From sequence record MK820638.1: a stretch of 32,000 nt of DNA; one strand, written 5' to 3'. Positions 23,664 through 31,054 of this stretch are shown piece after piece (the stretch's first letter is position 1; each line of letters opens with the position of its first letter). The translations under genes were made by a program, and so were the position numbers. The stretch comes from Mycobacterium phage HermioneGrange. The notes under the pieces are model-generated. The model was not told the DNA's origin. It saw nothing but the letters and a program-made list of their open reading frames with translations, and ran no database searches.

Positions 23664-24431
23664 TCAGACTTCCCAGACCTGGCCGTCAACGGTGAACTTG
23701 CCTCCCAGGATCGGGACGATCTCAGCCTTGACATGCTTGCCGTCGATCGTGAGCATCCCGAAGCCCATCTGCCAGTTCCCAGCTCCGCCCTTTAGATAGT
23801 TGGCCTTCTTCATGTCCATCAGGTGCCCGACTTCCATGCCGGTGACGGTCTTGCGGACTGAGCCGCCGTACCCGAACGAGTGCGAGACGACAGCCTGCCG
23901 GTGCGTGTGGCCGCAGACCACGGACTTGCCGAACTTCTTGGCACCGTTGAGCGCTGTCGATCCGGCGATCTGGGATAGCGTCATCTTGCCCATGTGCCCG
24001 TGAGTGGAGATCCAGCCCGGAGCGATGTCGTAGAAGTCAGGCAGCAGCTCCACGCCGAACCCGTCGAAGTCGAGCAGCACGTCGATGTCGAAAGCGTGCG
24101 TACCCTCCAGGGCCGGTGCGTTCTTGGCCAGGTACTCGCGGGCTCGCAGATCGTGGTTGCCCTCGTGCATCCCGATCCAGCCGTCGTAGACCTTGCGCAG
24201 CGGTTCCATCAGGTTCTTCTTGGCGTAGTCCGCGTCGCGGTACACCGAACCCTCGAACTCGCCCTTGGTTCCCCGATTCCAGCGCGAGGGCTGCGGCAGG
24301 TCTAGGACGTCACCGATATGTACCACGCCGTACGGCTGGACATCCCCGATGAAGCGGATGACCGCTTGCATCTCTTTGCGCGCCTCGTAAGGCAACTGAG
24401 TATCGGGTAGAAAGACGATACGCTGAGTCAT
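23664..24431 (-). CDS. Recombination directionality factor, calcineurin-like phosphoesterase family (Bxb1 gp47-like)
   Basis: 255 aa; metallophosphoesterase motifs LPDTQLPY, HIGDVLDL, EGNHDLRAREYL, CGHTHR; same size and family as Bxb1 gp47. Confidence 0.88.
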   Translation of the reverse strand: MTQRIVFLPDTQLPYEARKEMQAVIRFIGDVQPYGVVHIGDVLDLPQPSRWNRGTKGEFEGSVYRDADYAKKNLMEPLRKVYDGWIGMHEGNHDLRAREYLAKNAPALEGTHAFDIDVLLDFDGFGVELLPDFYDIAPGWISTHGHMGKMTLSQIAGSTALNGAKKFGKSVVCGHTHRQAVVSHSFGYGGSVRKTVTGMEVGHLMDMKKANYLKGGAGNWQMGFGMLTIDGKHVKAEIVPILGGKFTVDGQVWEV

Positions 24432-24607
24432 TTGGTTCCCTTCTCTGCGAGGAGGGTTAGCTCCGCGCGTACTGATCGGTAGACGTCGTCCAACGCGTTG
24501 ATCGCGTTGGTGACGGATGTGTAGGTGACGGTGTCGAGGTCGATGTACAGAGACATGCCGCTCTGAGGGGTTTCGACCTCGCGGTAGATCTCGTGGTAGT
24601 CGCTCAC
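24428..24607 (-). CDS. Small hypothetical protein (59 aa)
   Basis: GTG 24607; MSDYHEIYREVETPQSGMSLYIDLDTVTYTSVTNAINALDDVYRSVRAELTLLAEKGTK; ATGA overlap with the RDF gene. Not in track. Confidence 0.65.
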   Translation of the reverse strand: MSDYHEIYREVETPQSGMSLYIDLDTVTYTSVTNAINALDDVYRSVRAELTLLAEKGTK

Positions 24608-25083
24608 TCGACGACCTCGTCTAGGTCGATGACCATGTCGTTCAGCGAGTCGATCCAGGTCAGCGAGTCCGAGTCCTCGTTACGAATCAAGTCGTCGGGC
24701 AGCGGAAGATCGAACAGGTCGGTCTGGCCGTCCTCCTCTACCGGCTCCGGCTCTTCTTCGTCTGCGAAGAGCCAATCGGAAGACACCCCGTTGTCTGTGT
24801 CGATGGTGATCTCGACACGGGGGTCTTCCTCGTAGATCCGCTCGGCGCAGCCGGCGTAACCCGCGATGTCGGTGTAAGAGTCCCGGTGGTACCCCGTACC
24901 TTTCACCCGGGCCACCTTGACCAGGATCATCAGATTCGCGACGTCCAGGTCAGTGATCGGACGCTCCAGGTACGCGGAGAACAACGCGGAGATGTCGGCG
25001 AAGTTCTCCCGGGGGTGCCCGTAGTTTTTGTTGCGAGGTCCGTGGATCAGGCGCTGCGCCTCTTCCAGGATCGACTCGGTCAC
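24604..25083 (-). CDS. Conserved phage protein (159 aa), acidic C-terminus
   Basis: GTG 25083; [39 protein letters not shown]... Confidence 0.7.
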   Translation of the reverse strand: MTESILEEAQRLIHGPRNKNYGHPRENFADISALFSAYLERPITDLDVANLMILVKVARVKGTGYHRDSYTDIAGYAGCAERIYEEDPRVEITIDTDNGVSSDWLFADEEEPEPVEEDGQTDLFDLPLPDDLIRNEDSDSLTWIDSLNDMVIDLDEVVE

Positions 25084-25301
25084 AGCGCGCTCCACTCCAC
25101 CAGCTCCGTTTCCTCGTAGTGGCATTCGTCAGAGACGATGTCCTCGATGATGCGAGAGCTCTCCCACTTGTCCCGGAAGTACTCGGCCACGTCCTCGGGG
25201 CTTTGGATGTCTACACCGTCCTCTTTCGCCTCTTCCAGCTCATCCGGTGTCAGACTGATCAATCCTTCTCGGCGCGTGAGTGCGACGAAGTTAATTCTCA
25301 T
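25080..25301 (-). CDS. Hypothetical protein (73 aa)
   Basis: [34 protein letters not shown]...; overlaps both neighbours by 4 nt. Confidence 0.7.
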   Translation of the reverse strand: MRINFVALTRREGLISLTPDELEEAKEDGVDIQSPEDVAEYFRDKWESSRIIEDIVSDECHYEETELVEWSAL

Positions 25302-25945
25302 ATCCCTACCTTGTCTTTCAGTGCTTGAACGCCTTGCTCCAACACAAGGCTGTTGACGTCTTCGCCATCCCGTCCCATCGGGATGATCTTGGCGTTGGGC
25401 AGAACACCCGCCACCGTCTCGGCGAACTGCATCCCCGCGTCGTCACCGTCCGCGAGTATCAGCACCTCCCGGTATCCGAGGAACGGTTCGCGGAAGTGCT
25501 CTTTCCACGCCTGCGCACCAGGGACACCTACAGCCGGTATCCCAGCTGCGGTAGCCGTGATGGTGTCGGCCTCGCCCTCGCAAAGGGCCACCTTCTGGGA
25601 TGGCTGCAAGAGCGCGATCGTGTTGAACATCCGAGGTTTGTCCCCGGGGACTGTCAGGTACTTCGCCTTGCCCTCCACGGCTTCGATCCGTCGAAACCTC
25701 AGCGAGACAACCTGCCAGCCGATATCCGGTGCCCAGCGGAGATAAGGGATAGCGAGCATCCCTTTGTACATCTCATGCCCGGGCAGCGGCTCCGCTACGT
25801 AGCCGAGGCGAAACTTGCTCACTGCGTCGGAGATGGCTGGATTGGTTAGCCCTCGGGTTGCCAGATACTCCTCCCCTTCGGAGCCTGGCAGGGCCTGGTG
25901 ATACTGCTTCGATGCTTCCAGGAGAAAGTTCCTGTGCGAGCTCAA
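25298..25945 (-). CDS. DNA primase, Toprim-containing C-terminal part
   Basis: [26 protein letters not shown], Toprim [25 protein letters not shown] and [10 protein letters not shown]. Confidence 0.85.
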   Translation of the reverse strand: MSSHRNFLLEASKQYHQALPGSEGEEYLATRGLTNPAISDAVSKFRLGYVAEPLPGHEMYKGMLAIPYLRWAPDIGWQVVSLRFRRIEAVEGKAKYLTVPGDKPRMFNTIALLQPSQKVALCEGEADTITATAAGIPAVGVPGAQAWKEHFREPFLGYREVLILADGDDAGMQFAETVAGVLPNAKIIPMGRDGEDVNSLVLEQGVQALKDKVGI

Positions 25946-26183
25946 GTGCGCGATGGTGCGATACCTCCTCCCTTTTCATCAGCAGACTGATAGCGCTGCC
26001 TTTCGTTCCACAGCCGAGGCAAGCGAAGGCGTTGAGTTTGTACGAGACCGCGGCTGATGGCCGCGTGTCGGCGTGTGCCCAGCAGAGGCAGGGGATCCAC
26101 ACCCGGCCCGTGTCCTCGGGAGGGACCCACGAGTCGTCGAACCGCTCGATGACCTTCGCGATCAGCGTTTGTGAAGGTTCCAC
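25773..26183 (-). CDS. DNA primase, zinc-binding N-terminal part
   Basis: [57 protein letters not shown]; overlaps the Toprim ORF in a different frame. Confidence 0.7.
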   Translation of the reverse strand: MEPSQTLIAKVIERFDDSWVPPEDTGRVWIPCLCWAHADTRPSAAVSYKLNAFACLGCGTKGSAISLLMKREEVSHHRALELAQELSPGSIEAVSPGPARLRRGGVSGNPRANQSSHLRRSEQVSPRLRSGAAARA

Positions 26184-26326
26184 CGGAAGACCTCGTACAC
26201 TTCGATGCCCTCGTGGTACGGGAACTGCTGCTTGAGCGCGTCGTCTAGGAACTCGTAGACGTCTTCGGTGTCGGTGGTCGGATCGACCTTGACGAACGCC
26301 TCGATCTTCATCCAGCCCTGGCTCAT
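26162..26326 (-). CDS. Small hypothetical protein (54 aa)
   Basis: ATG 26326; [54 protein letters not shown]. Not in track. Confidence 0.6.
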   Translation of the reverse strand: MSQGWMKIEAFVKVDPTTDTEDVYEFLDDALKQQFPYHEGIEVYEVFRWNLHKR

Positions 26327-26397
26327 CAGATGACTCCGATCAAGAAACCCACCCAGAACGTTATGGTCGGGTAGATCACGTACATGAAGAAGTTCAC
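26326..26397 (-). CDS. Very small membrane peptide (23 aa)
   Basis: GTG 26397 with GGAGG upstream; MNFFMYVIYPTITFWVGFLIGVI; coupled to the next gene. Confidence 0.4.
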   Translation of the reverse strand: MNFFMYVIYPTITFWVGFLIGVI

Positions 26398-26528
26398 TTG
26401 CCCCACCTCCGAGCTGTGCGGTCCACGGAGTGCTCCGAGACGTTCCGGGCCAGCGCGTACCTACGCGGGTCCAGCAGAGCCCCCAGCAGCTGCTGACGGA
26501 GCAGGTTCGGGCGTGCAGTCGGTTTCAT
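26394..26528 (-). CDS. Small basic protein (44 aa)
   Basis: ATG 26528 with GGAAGGAAG upstream; MKPTARPNLLRQQLLGALLDPRRYALARNVSEHSVDRTARRWGK. Not in track. Confidence 0.5.
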   Translation of the reverse strand: MKPTARPNLLRQQLLGALLDPRRYALARNVSEHSVDRTARRWGK

Positions 26529-26545
26529 CGTTTCTTCCTTCCTTG

Positions 26546-26558
26546 GTTACGATTCAAG
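26546..26558 (-). promoter_or_regulatory. Stoperator-like 13-mer (GTTACGATTCAAG)
   Basis: Overlaps the 3' end of the methyltransferase gene, upstream of ORF 26394..26528. Confidence 0.85.
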
Positions 26559-27849
26559 TTGTCGAGCGAGAAATTCGATGCTCGATGAGCGGGATGTAGT
26601 CAGCTTCGTTTTCAATGGCGATGCAGTCGAAACCCTCGACGAGGCACGCCTCCACCGTGGTTCCGCTGCCCGCGAAGGGGTCCAGCACTACACCCCCCGG
26701 CGGGGTGACCAGCTTGACTAGCCACCGCATGAGCTCCAGAGGCTTGACCGTGGGGTGGGCTACCCCGTCGACCTTGGGGCGCTCCTTGGTGGGAGCCTTG
26801 GCCTGGTACTTGAACACGGGGAAGAACCGGGAGGCACCGCCGGAGTCGCCGTAGGTGAAGTCCTCCGACGCATACCGCTTCCGAGAGCCGTAGATGCCGT
26901 TAGCGTTCTGCTCCTGGCCGTGCATGTTGCGGCGAACCGTGACTCCACCCGGCAGATTCCCACTCTGCTTGTCGAGCTCGGCGGCCTGCGTGTCGTCGAG
27001 CACCACGTTCGTCGGCCAGCGGCCGGATGGCGATCCCCCGCGCGGTCCTGGTGTTGCGGCGATGTTCACAGCGCCGCTGCCGGTATAGCGTCGTGTGGCG
27101 CTAGGCTCGGACGAGTCGCGCGGCCCCTGAGACTCGGAGCCGTCGCCGATGCGGCAGGCGTCGATGTTGAGCGCGCCGGTGCCGTGCTCCAGGACGTTCG
27201 CCGCCACCGTGCCCACGAGAGGCTTGCGCGCGACCACGATCGGCTCAAACGATGGTTTCAGCGCCGTGCTCCAGCCCTGCCACTGCCGCACCTCGCGCTC
27301 AGCACCAGCGGCCTTGTCGATGGCCTTGGATACGTTGAGCGACTTCGGGAACCCGCTGCCGTAGAGCCAGGCGATCGAGTCGCGGATCTCGAAACCGGCG
27401 TCCTCGATGGCCACGGTCAGCCGGTGCCAGGTGCGCGAACCGCCGAACGCGAGCAGGTGCCCGCCCGGTTTCAGCACGCGCAGGCACTCGGCCGCCCACT
27501 GGTGGTGCCATTCCTGCATGGTTCGCCCCTGCTGCGCCCGTACATTCGGCCATTGCGGCTCCGCGCACTCGCACTTGCGTCCGATGTGGTCAAAGCGCCA
27601 CCTACTACACCTCTGGCACTTGACATTCGCCGATGCGTTGTAGCTGGCCGGTAGTTTGAACCCCTTGAATCCTGAACCGTCGGTGAAACCCTGGTGGCTG
27701 GCCTTACCAATGTCTCCGAGACGATCCCACTCCTTGCCCATGAACTCGAGCCCGTAGGGCGGGTCGGTGACGATGGAGTCGACGCTGTTGTCTTCTAGTT
27801 CGGTGAGGATGTCTCGGCAGTCCCCGAGACGTAGGTCGACGTTTCTCAA
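26554..27849 (-). CDS. DNA methyltransferase (DPPY-type, adenine-N6 or cytosine-N4)
   Basis: 431 aa; SIVTDPPYGLEFMGKEWD and C-terminal SAM motif LDPFAGSGTTVEACL. Confidence 0.92.
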   Translation of the reverse strand: MRNVDLRLGDCRDILTELEDNSVDSIVTDPPYGLEFMGKEWDRLGDIGKASHQGFTDGSGFKGFKLPASYNASANVKCQRCSRWRFDHIGRKCECAEPQWPNVRAQQGRTMQEWHHQWAAECLRVLKPGGHLLAFGGSRTWHRLTVAIEDAGFEIRDSIAWLYGSGFPKSLNVSKAIDKAAGAEREVRQWQGWSTALKPSFEPIVVARKPLVGTVAANVLEHGTGALNIDACRIGDGSESQGPRDSSEPSATRRYTGSGAVNIAATPGPRGGSPSGRWPTNVVLDDTQAAELDKQSGNLPGGVTVRRNMHGQEQNANGIYGSRKRYASEDFTYGDSGGASRFFPVFKYQAKAPTKERPKVDGVAHPTVKPLELMRWLVKLVTPPGGVVLDPFAGSGTTVEACLVEGFDCIAIENEADYIPLIEHRISRSTT

Positions 27850-28355
27850 GTCTTTCTCTTCCTTCCGGTTGCGGGCTTCTGCCCGTTACGATTCAAGTTC
27901 GGGACCTCGATAGGAGCGATCCGTTTCCCGATCACCGCGAACGCGGGCGGGTTCTTCAGATACTCGATAGCGCGCTCGAAGAACTCCGTGGAATCCCTTG
28001 CGCGGCCCAGCATTACGTTACAGGGCTTACAGAGGCAGCCCCGGATGTAACCCGTTGCATGGTCGTGATCGACGGCGAGAGCGCGCCTGGCTCCGGTGGC
28101 GATACGGCAGATAGCACACTTGCCTCCTTGATGAGCCTTGATCTTGTCGTACTCATCCAGGTCGATGTCGTAGGTATCGATCAGGCGCTGCTCCCGTGCG
28201 GTCTCCCGCGCGGCCTTCCGACGGGTTCGGTGGTGCGTCACGCACCGCTTCCCGGGGACTGGGTTGCCGGCGCGGGTGAGCGCAGGCTTGCGGATCGTGG
28301 TGATCCCCTCGGCGATGCAGTCCTTGCATGTAGGAACCCTCTTAGCCGCCGCCAT
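27846..28355 (-). CDS. HNH endonuclease, recombination endonuclease VII-like
   Basis: 169 aa; CAICRIATGARRALAVDHDHATGYIRGCLCKPCNVMLG. Confidence 0.88.
   Translation of the reverse strand: MAAAKRVPTCKDCIAEGITTIRKPALTRAGNPVPGKRCVTHHRTRRKAARETAREQRLIDTYDIDLDEYDKIKAHQGGKCAICRIATGARRALAVDHDHATGYIRGCLCKPCNVMLGRARDSTEFFERAIEYLKNPPAFAVIGKRIAPIEVPNLNRNGQKPATGRKRKT
27885..27897 (-). promoter_or_regulatory. Stoperator-like 13-mer (GTTACGATTCAAG)
   Basis: Inside the 3' coding end of the HNH gene (encodes NLNRN). Confidence 0.8.
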
Positions 28356-28428
28356 CTAGCCACCCGACGAGGGTCAGACCCACACCCCACGCGATAGTCG
28401 ACCAGGCGATCAGCTCGGGGATGCTCAC
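28342..28428 (-). CDS. Very small membrane peptide (28 aa)
   Basis: GTG 28428 with GAGGGGGAAG upstream; MSIPELIAWSTIAWGVGLTLVGWLDGGG; overlaps the HNH start. Confidence 0.4.
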   Translation of the reverse strand: MSIPELIAWSTIAWGVGLTLVGWLDGGG

Positions 28429-28733
28429 GCTTCCCCCTCGGTATCCAGTGCAGCGAGGATGGCGCGCTTTGAGACCCAGTCGGGTCCGGGTTCGTACACG
28501 CCGCCCGATTCAGCCAGCGCCCGGATTCGTGTTTCCTGCGCCCGGAGACGAGACACCTCAGCGACCAAGCTGAATTGGTCGGCGATCTCGTTGAGCATTC
28601 CCATCGGGGTCATGTCTGCATGTCCGTCGATGAAATCTCGGATGTCACACGCCACCTCGTAGCCCGGATCGTGTTCCGCGACGCTGTTGCAGAACTCGCG
28701 GATACGGGCGAGTTGATCATTCGGCGTTGTCAT
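28425..28733 (-). CDS. Hypothetical protein (102 aa)
   Basis: MTTPNDQLARIREFCNSVAEHDPGYEVACDIRDFIDG...; RBS AAGGAG. Confidence 0.7.
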   Translation of the reverse strand: MTTPNDQLARIREFCNSVAEHDPGYEVACDIRDFIDGHADMTPMGMLNEIADQFSLVAEVSRLRAQETRIRALAESGGVYEPGPDWVSKRAILAALDTEGEA

Positions 28734-28825
28734 GTTTGTTCTCCTTGGATCGTTGCGTGAGCCGCCCGAAATGGATCACCCGACCGGGCAGCGGCTTACC
28801 CGGCAAAATCGTGTTCATGCAGGGC

Positions 28826-29125
28826 TCACTTCTTCACTCCTTTGATCAGCTCCCGGATCTTGTCGGCCCGGAAGTCGTCCCACCACGCGCCGGTGCTGGC
28901 GACGTGAACCACCGGAGCGGCCTCGTAGCCTTTCTGCTTCACCAGCTTCAGAGCCTCGGGGTCCTGGTCCACGCGGACCTCCCGGAACTCCACACCGCCG
29001 CGGGTCAACGCGTTCTTGGTGAGCGTGCATTTGAAGCAGTCAGGGCCTGTGGTGAACACCGTGACGTCGTTGGGCACTCCGGGACCTTCGGTCTCCTCGT
29101 TACGAATCAAGTTATCGGGCATCAA
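28826..29125 (-). CDS. NrdH/glutaredoxin-like redox protein
   Basis: VTVFTTGPDCFKCTLTKNALTRGGVEFREVRVDQDPEAL...; CxxC motif (CFKC). Confidence 0.85.
   Translation of the reverse strand: MMPDNLIRNEETEGPGVPNDVTVFTTGPDCFKCTLTKNALTRGGVEFREVRVDQDPEALKLVKQKGYEAAPVVHVASTGAWWDDFRADKIRELIKGVKK
29099..29111 (-). promoter_or_regulatory. Stoperator-like 13-mer (GTTACGAATCAAG)
   Basis: Inside the 5' coding end of the redoxin gene (encodes NLIRN). Confidence 0.85.
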
Positions 29126-29943
29126 AAATCCTTAATCTCCATCTTCGAGCCGTCGAACTTCAGCTCGGCGTACAGCCGGCCTGAGGGATCGGCTCGGCCC
29201 GACCTATTCTTAACGACGCTTACACGCAGCGTGTCCCCGCCGAACGTCGACGGGACTCGGTGCAAGGTGGCTACAAGCTCGGGTACGCGACCAATCTGCC
29301 CCTTGATCCCCGACAGCGGGATCGGCTTGTCACCGGAGTTGTTGTCCGCGGTGACGTGGTGCAGACCGATGATGCACGCACCGGTCTCCCGGGCTTTCTC
29401 GTGCAGCCAGTCCATCAGGACCTCCAGACCGCCGAACGGGTCCTCGTCGTTCGCGGCTACGCCGGTGATGACGTTCGTGATGTTGTCGATCACGATCAGC
29501 TGTGGGTAGTTCCCGAACGTCTCCTCGTACGCGGCCAGCGAGGTCTCGATGACCTTGAGCGTCGGCTGCGCCGAGTAGTTCAGCCGGATGGGGATACCGT
29601 GCGGGTTCCCTGGGGCTGCGTTCCACGTCAGCACCTGCGGAGGCAACTGACCTTCGCGTACCGCCCGAGCGGACTCAGCCAGCGGCATCCCGAGCTCCAT
29701 CGAGAGGATGCGTGTCGACTGCGTGAACGCGTCCGAGTCAGCCGAGAGGTAGTACGTCGGGATACGGCCTTTGAGCGCTAGAGCGAGCGTGAACGCTGAC
29801 TTAGCCCCTCCGGGTGCTGCCGCGATCAGCGCCAGCTGGCCCCGCAGGAAGTTGATGCCCTGCTTGGTCAGCGACCGGAACGGTACAGGCAGAGGGTCAC
29901 CCGCGTTCCCTTTTTGCTCGATCGATTGCATGATCGACAGCAT
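29122..29943 (-). CDS. DnaB/RecA-like ATPase (helicase-type)
   Basis: 273 aa; Walker A-like AAAPGGAKSAFTLALAL; Walker B-like YPQLIVIDNI; IIGLHHV; KNRSGRADPSGRL. Confidence 0.85.
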   Translation of the reverse strand: MLSIMQSIEQKGNAGDPLPVPFRSLTKQGINFLRGQLALIAAAPGGAKSAFTLALALKGRIPTYYLSADSDAFTQSTRILSMELGMPLAESARAVREGQLPPQVLTWNAAPGNPHGIPIRLNYSAQPTLKVIETSLAAYEETFGNYPQLIVIDNITNVITGVAANDEDPFGGLEVLMDWLHEKARETGACIIGLHHVTADNNSGDKPIPLSGIKGQIGRVPELVATLHRVPSTFGGDTLRVSVVKNRSGRADPSGRLYAELKFDGSKMEIKDF

Positions 29944-30116
29944 CAGCCCTCCCTGAGGGCTTTGGCGATCTCCCGCATCTGATGCTCAGCTTGCTGCCCG
30001 AACTCAACGCTGGCGTTGCACGTACAGCCGTCGACTCCCCAGGAGTACTCGGCCGGCTGGTGCTCCTCCAGTACCCGTAGAGCCGTGATGTACTGAACCG
30101 CGGTCAGATCCTTCAC
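29943..30116 (-). CDS. Small hypothetical protein (57 aa)
   Basis: GTG 30116; MKDLTAVQYITALRVLEEHQPAEYSWGVDGCTCNASVEFGQQAEHQMREIAKALREG. Not in track. Confidence 0.6.
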   Translation of the reverse strand: MKDLTAVQYITALRVLEEHQPAEYSWGVDGCTCNASVEFGQQAEHQMREIAKALREG

Positions 30117-30235
30117 TCCTCCTCCTCCGTCGTGTCTTCAACAGCGATAACCCGGGCGATCCCGGTGCTTATCCCGAACACCAGCGCGCCGGCTAGGGAC
30201 AGCCCTCCGAGCGCGGCCATAGCCATCCTGTTCAC
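30113..30235 (-). CDS. Very small membrane protein (40 aa)
   Basis: GTG 30235; MNRMAMAALGGLSLAGALVFGISTGIARVIAVEDTTEEE. Not in track. Confidence 0.5.
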   Translation of the reverse strand: MNRMAMAALGGLSLAGALVFGISTGIARVIAVEDTTEEEE

Positions 30236-30525
30236 TTCGTACCCCTCGCTATGAACCCGTTGTAGATCGTGCGGCCTTCCTGTTTGGCCTTGACTTCTTC
30301 AGCCCAGACTTTGTCTGTAGCTTTGATCAGCGCCGACTCGGTCGTACCGAGGAACTTCACCAGCGGAGGACCGAGAAGACCTCGACGAGCGGCGCGCAGC
30401 ACCCCTCCGAGTTCGTGAACCGCTCTCTTGTCTTCCAGCTCGACGTCCAACAGGTTCCCCGGGCCTGGCCGTTTGGCCACGGTCGCTTTCAGCGCCGGGT
30501 CAGCAAGAGTCCATCGCTCGGTCAC
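30232..30525 (-). CDS. Hypothetical protein (97 aa)
   Basis: GTG 30525; MTERWTLADPALKATVAKRPGPGNLLDVELEDKRAVHELGG...; the longer track start overlaps the upstream gene. Confidence 0.65.
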   Translation of the reverse strand: MTERWTLADPALKATVAKRPGPGNLLDVELEDKRAVHELGGVLRAARRGLLGPPLVKFLGTTESALIKATDKVWAEEVKAKQEGRTIYNGFIARGTK

Positions 30526-30842
30526 GGGCGGAACACCTCCGTGTCCCCCCATTCGCCACCGGGGAGGTGATCGTTCACGTAGAAACCCTTCGAGTACGCC
30601 TCGCCCGTGTAAACCCCTACCCAGCGATATGCGCCGACCTTGATGTAAATCGAGGCGTCCTCCGGCTCGTAATCGCCCCTTCGAACTCGCACGGTCCCGA
30701 TAGGTACCTCGGGCTCCGGCTTCTCGGTGATGTCGAACCTCTTCAGGAGGCACGTCGTAGCATCCATGATGGCTAGATGACTAAGGCCTCCGGGTAGAGC
30801 TTTGGCGAGTACCTCGCGGATCAATTCCTCGTTACTAGTCAA
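30522..30842 (-). CDS. Hypothetical protein (106 aa), TTG start inside a stoperator
   Basis: MTSNEELIREVLAKALPGGLSHLAIMDATTCLLKRFDI...; AGGAAGGA 7 nt upstream of TTG 30842. Confidence 0.7.
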   Translation of the reverse strand: MTSNEELIREVLAKALPGGLSHLAIMDATTCLLKRFDITEKPEPEVPIGTVRVRRGDYEPEDASIYIKVGAYRWVGVYTGEAYSKGFYVNDHLPGGEWGDTEVFRP

Positions 30843-30843
30843 G
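30831..30843 (-). promoter_or_regulatory. Stoperator-like 13-mer (GTTACTAGTCAAG)
   Basis: Overlaps the start codon of ORF 30522..30842. Confidence 0.8.
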
Positions 30844-30845
30844 AC

Positions 30846-31028
30846 TCAGTCCTTCCTGTGATACCGAGCAGCGGATGCGACGCTGAACAACGGCGTCGGC
30901 TTACCCCACTTCGGCGAGTAGTCCCCGACCGCGGCAAGCCCCTGCTTGCGCCAGCGCCGGACTGTGTCCGTATCGACCCCGAACAGCTCGGTCAGCTGCT
31001 CCTCGGTCGCTAGTGATGGATTGCTCAT
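30846..31028 (-). CDS. Small helix-turn-helix DNA-binding protein
   Basis: 60 aa MSNPSLATEEQLTELFGVDTDTVRRWRKQGLAAVGDYSPKWGKPTPLFSVASAARYHRKD; MerR/excisionase-like HTH. Confidence 0.75.
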   Translation of the reverse strand: MSNPSLATEEQLTELFGVDTDTVRRWRKQGLAAVGDYSPKWGKPTPLFSVASAARYHRKD

Positions 31029-31039
31029 CGTTACCTCTC

Positions 31040-31052
31040 GTTACGAATCAAG
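31040..31052 (-). promoter_or_regulatory. Stoperator-like 13-mer (GTTACGAATCAAG)
   Basis: Intergenic between HTH and nuclease genes. Confidence 0.85.
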
Positions 31053-31054
31053 TT

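Noticed and set aside
26554-28355. Methyltransferase plus HNH pair as a new restriction-modification system
   Set aside because: The HNH protein matches endonuclease VII-like recombination nucleases common in phages. Adjacency alone does not support an R-M pair, so it is kept only as a testable inference.
28717-28818. 33-aa - strand ORF MNTILPGKPLPGRVIHFGRLTQRSKENKHDNAE between redoxin and the 102-aa gene
   Set aside because: Possible gene but weak RBS and no recognisable feature; not confident enough to list.
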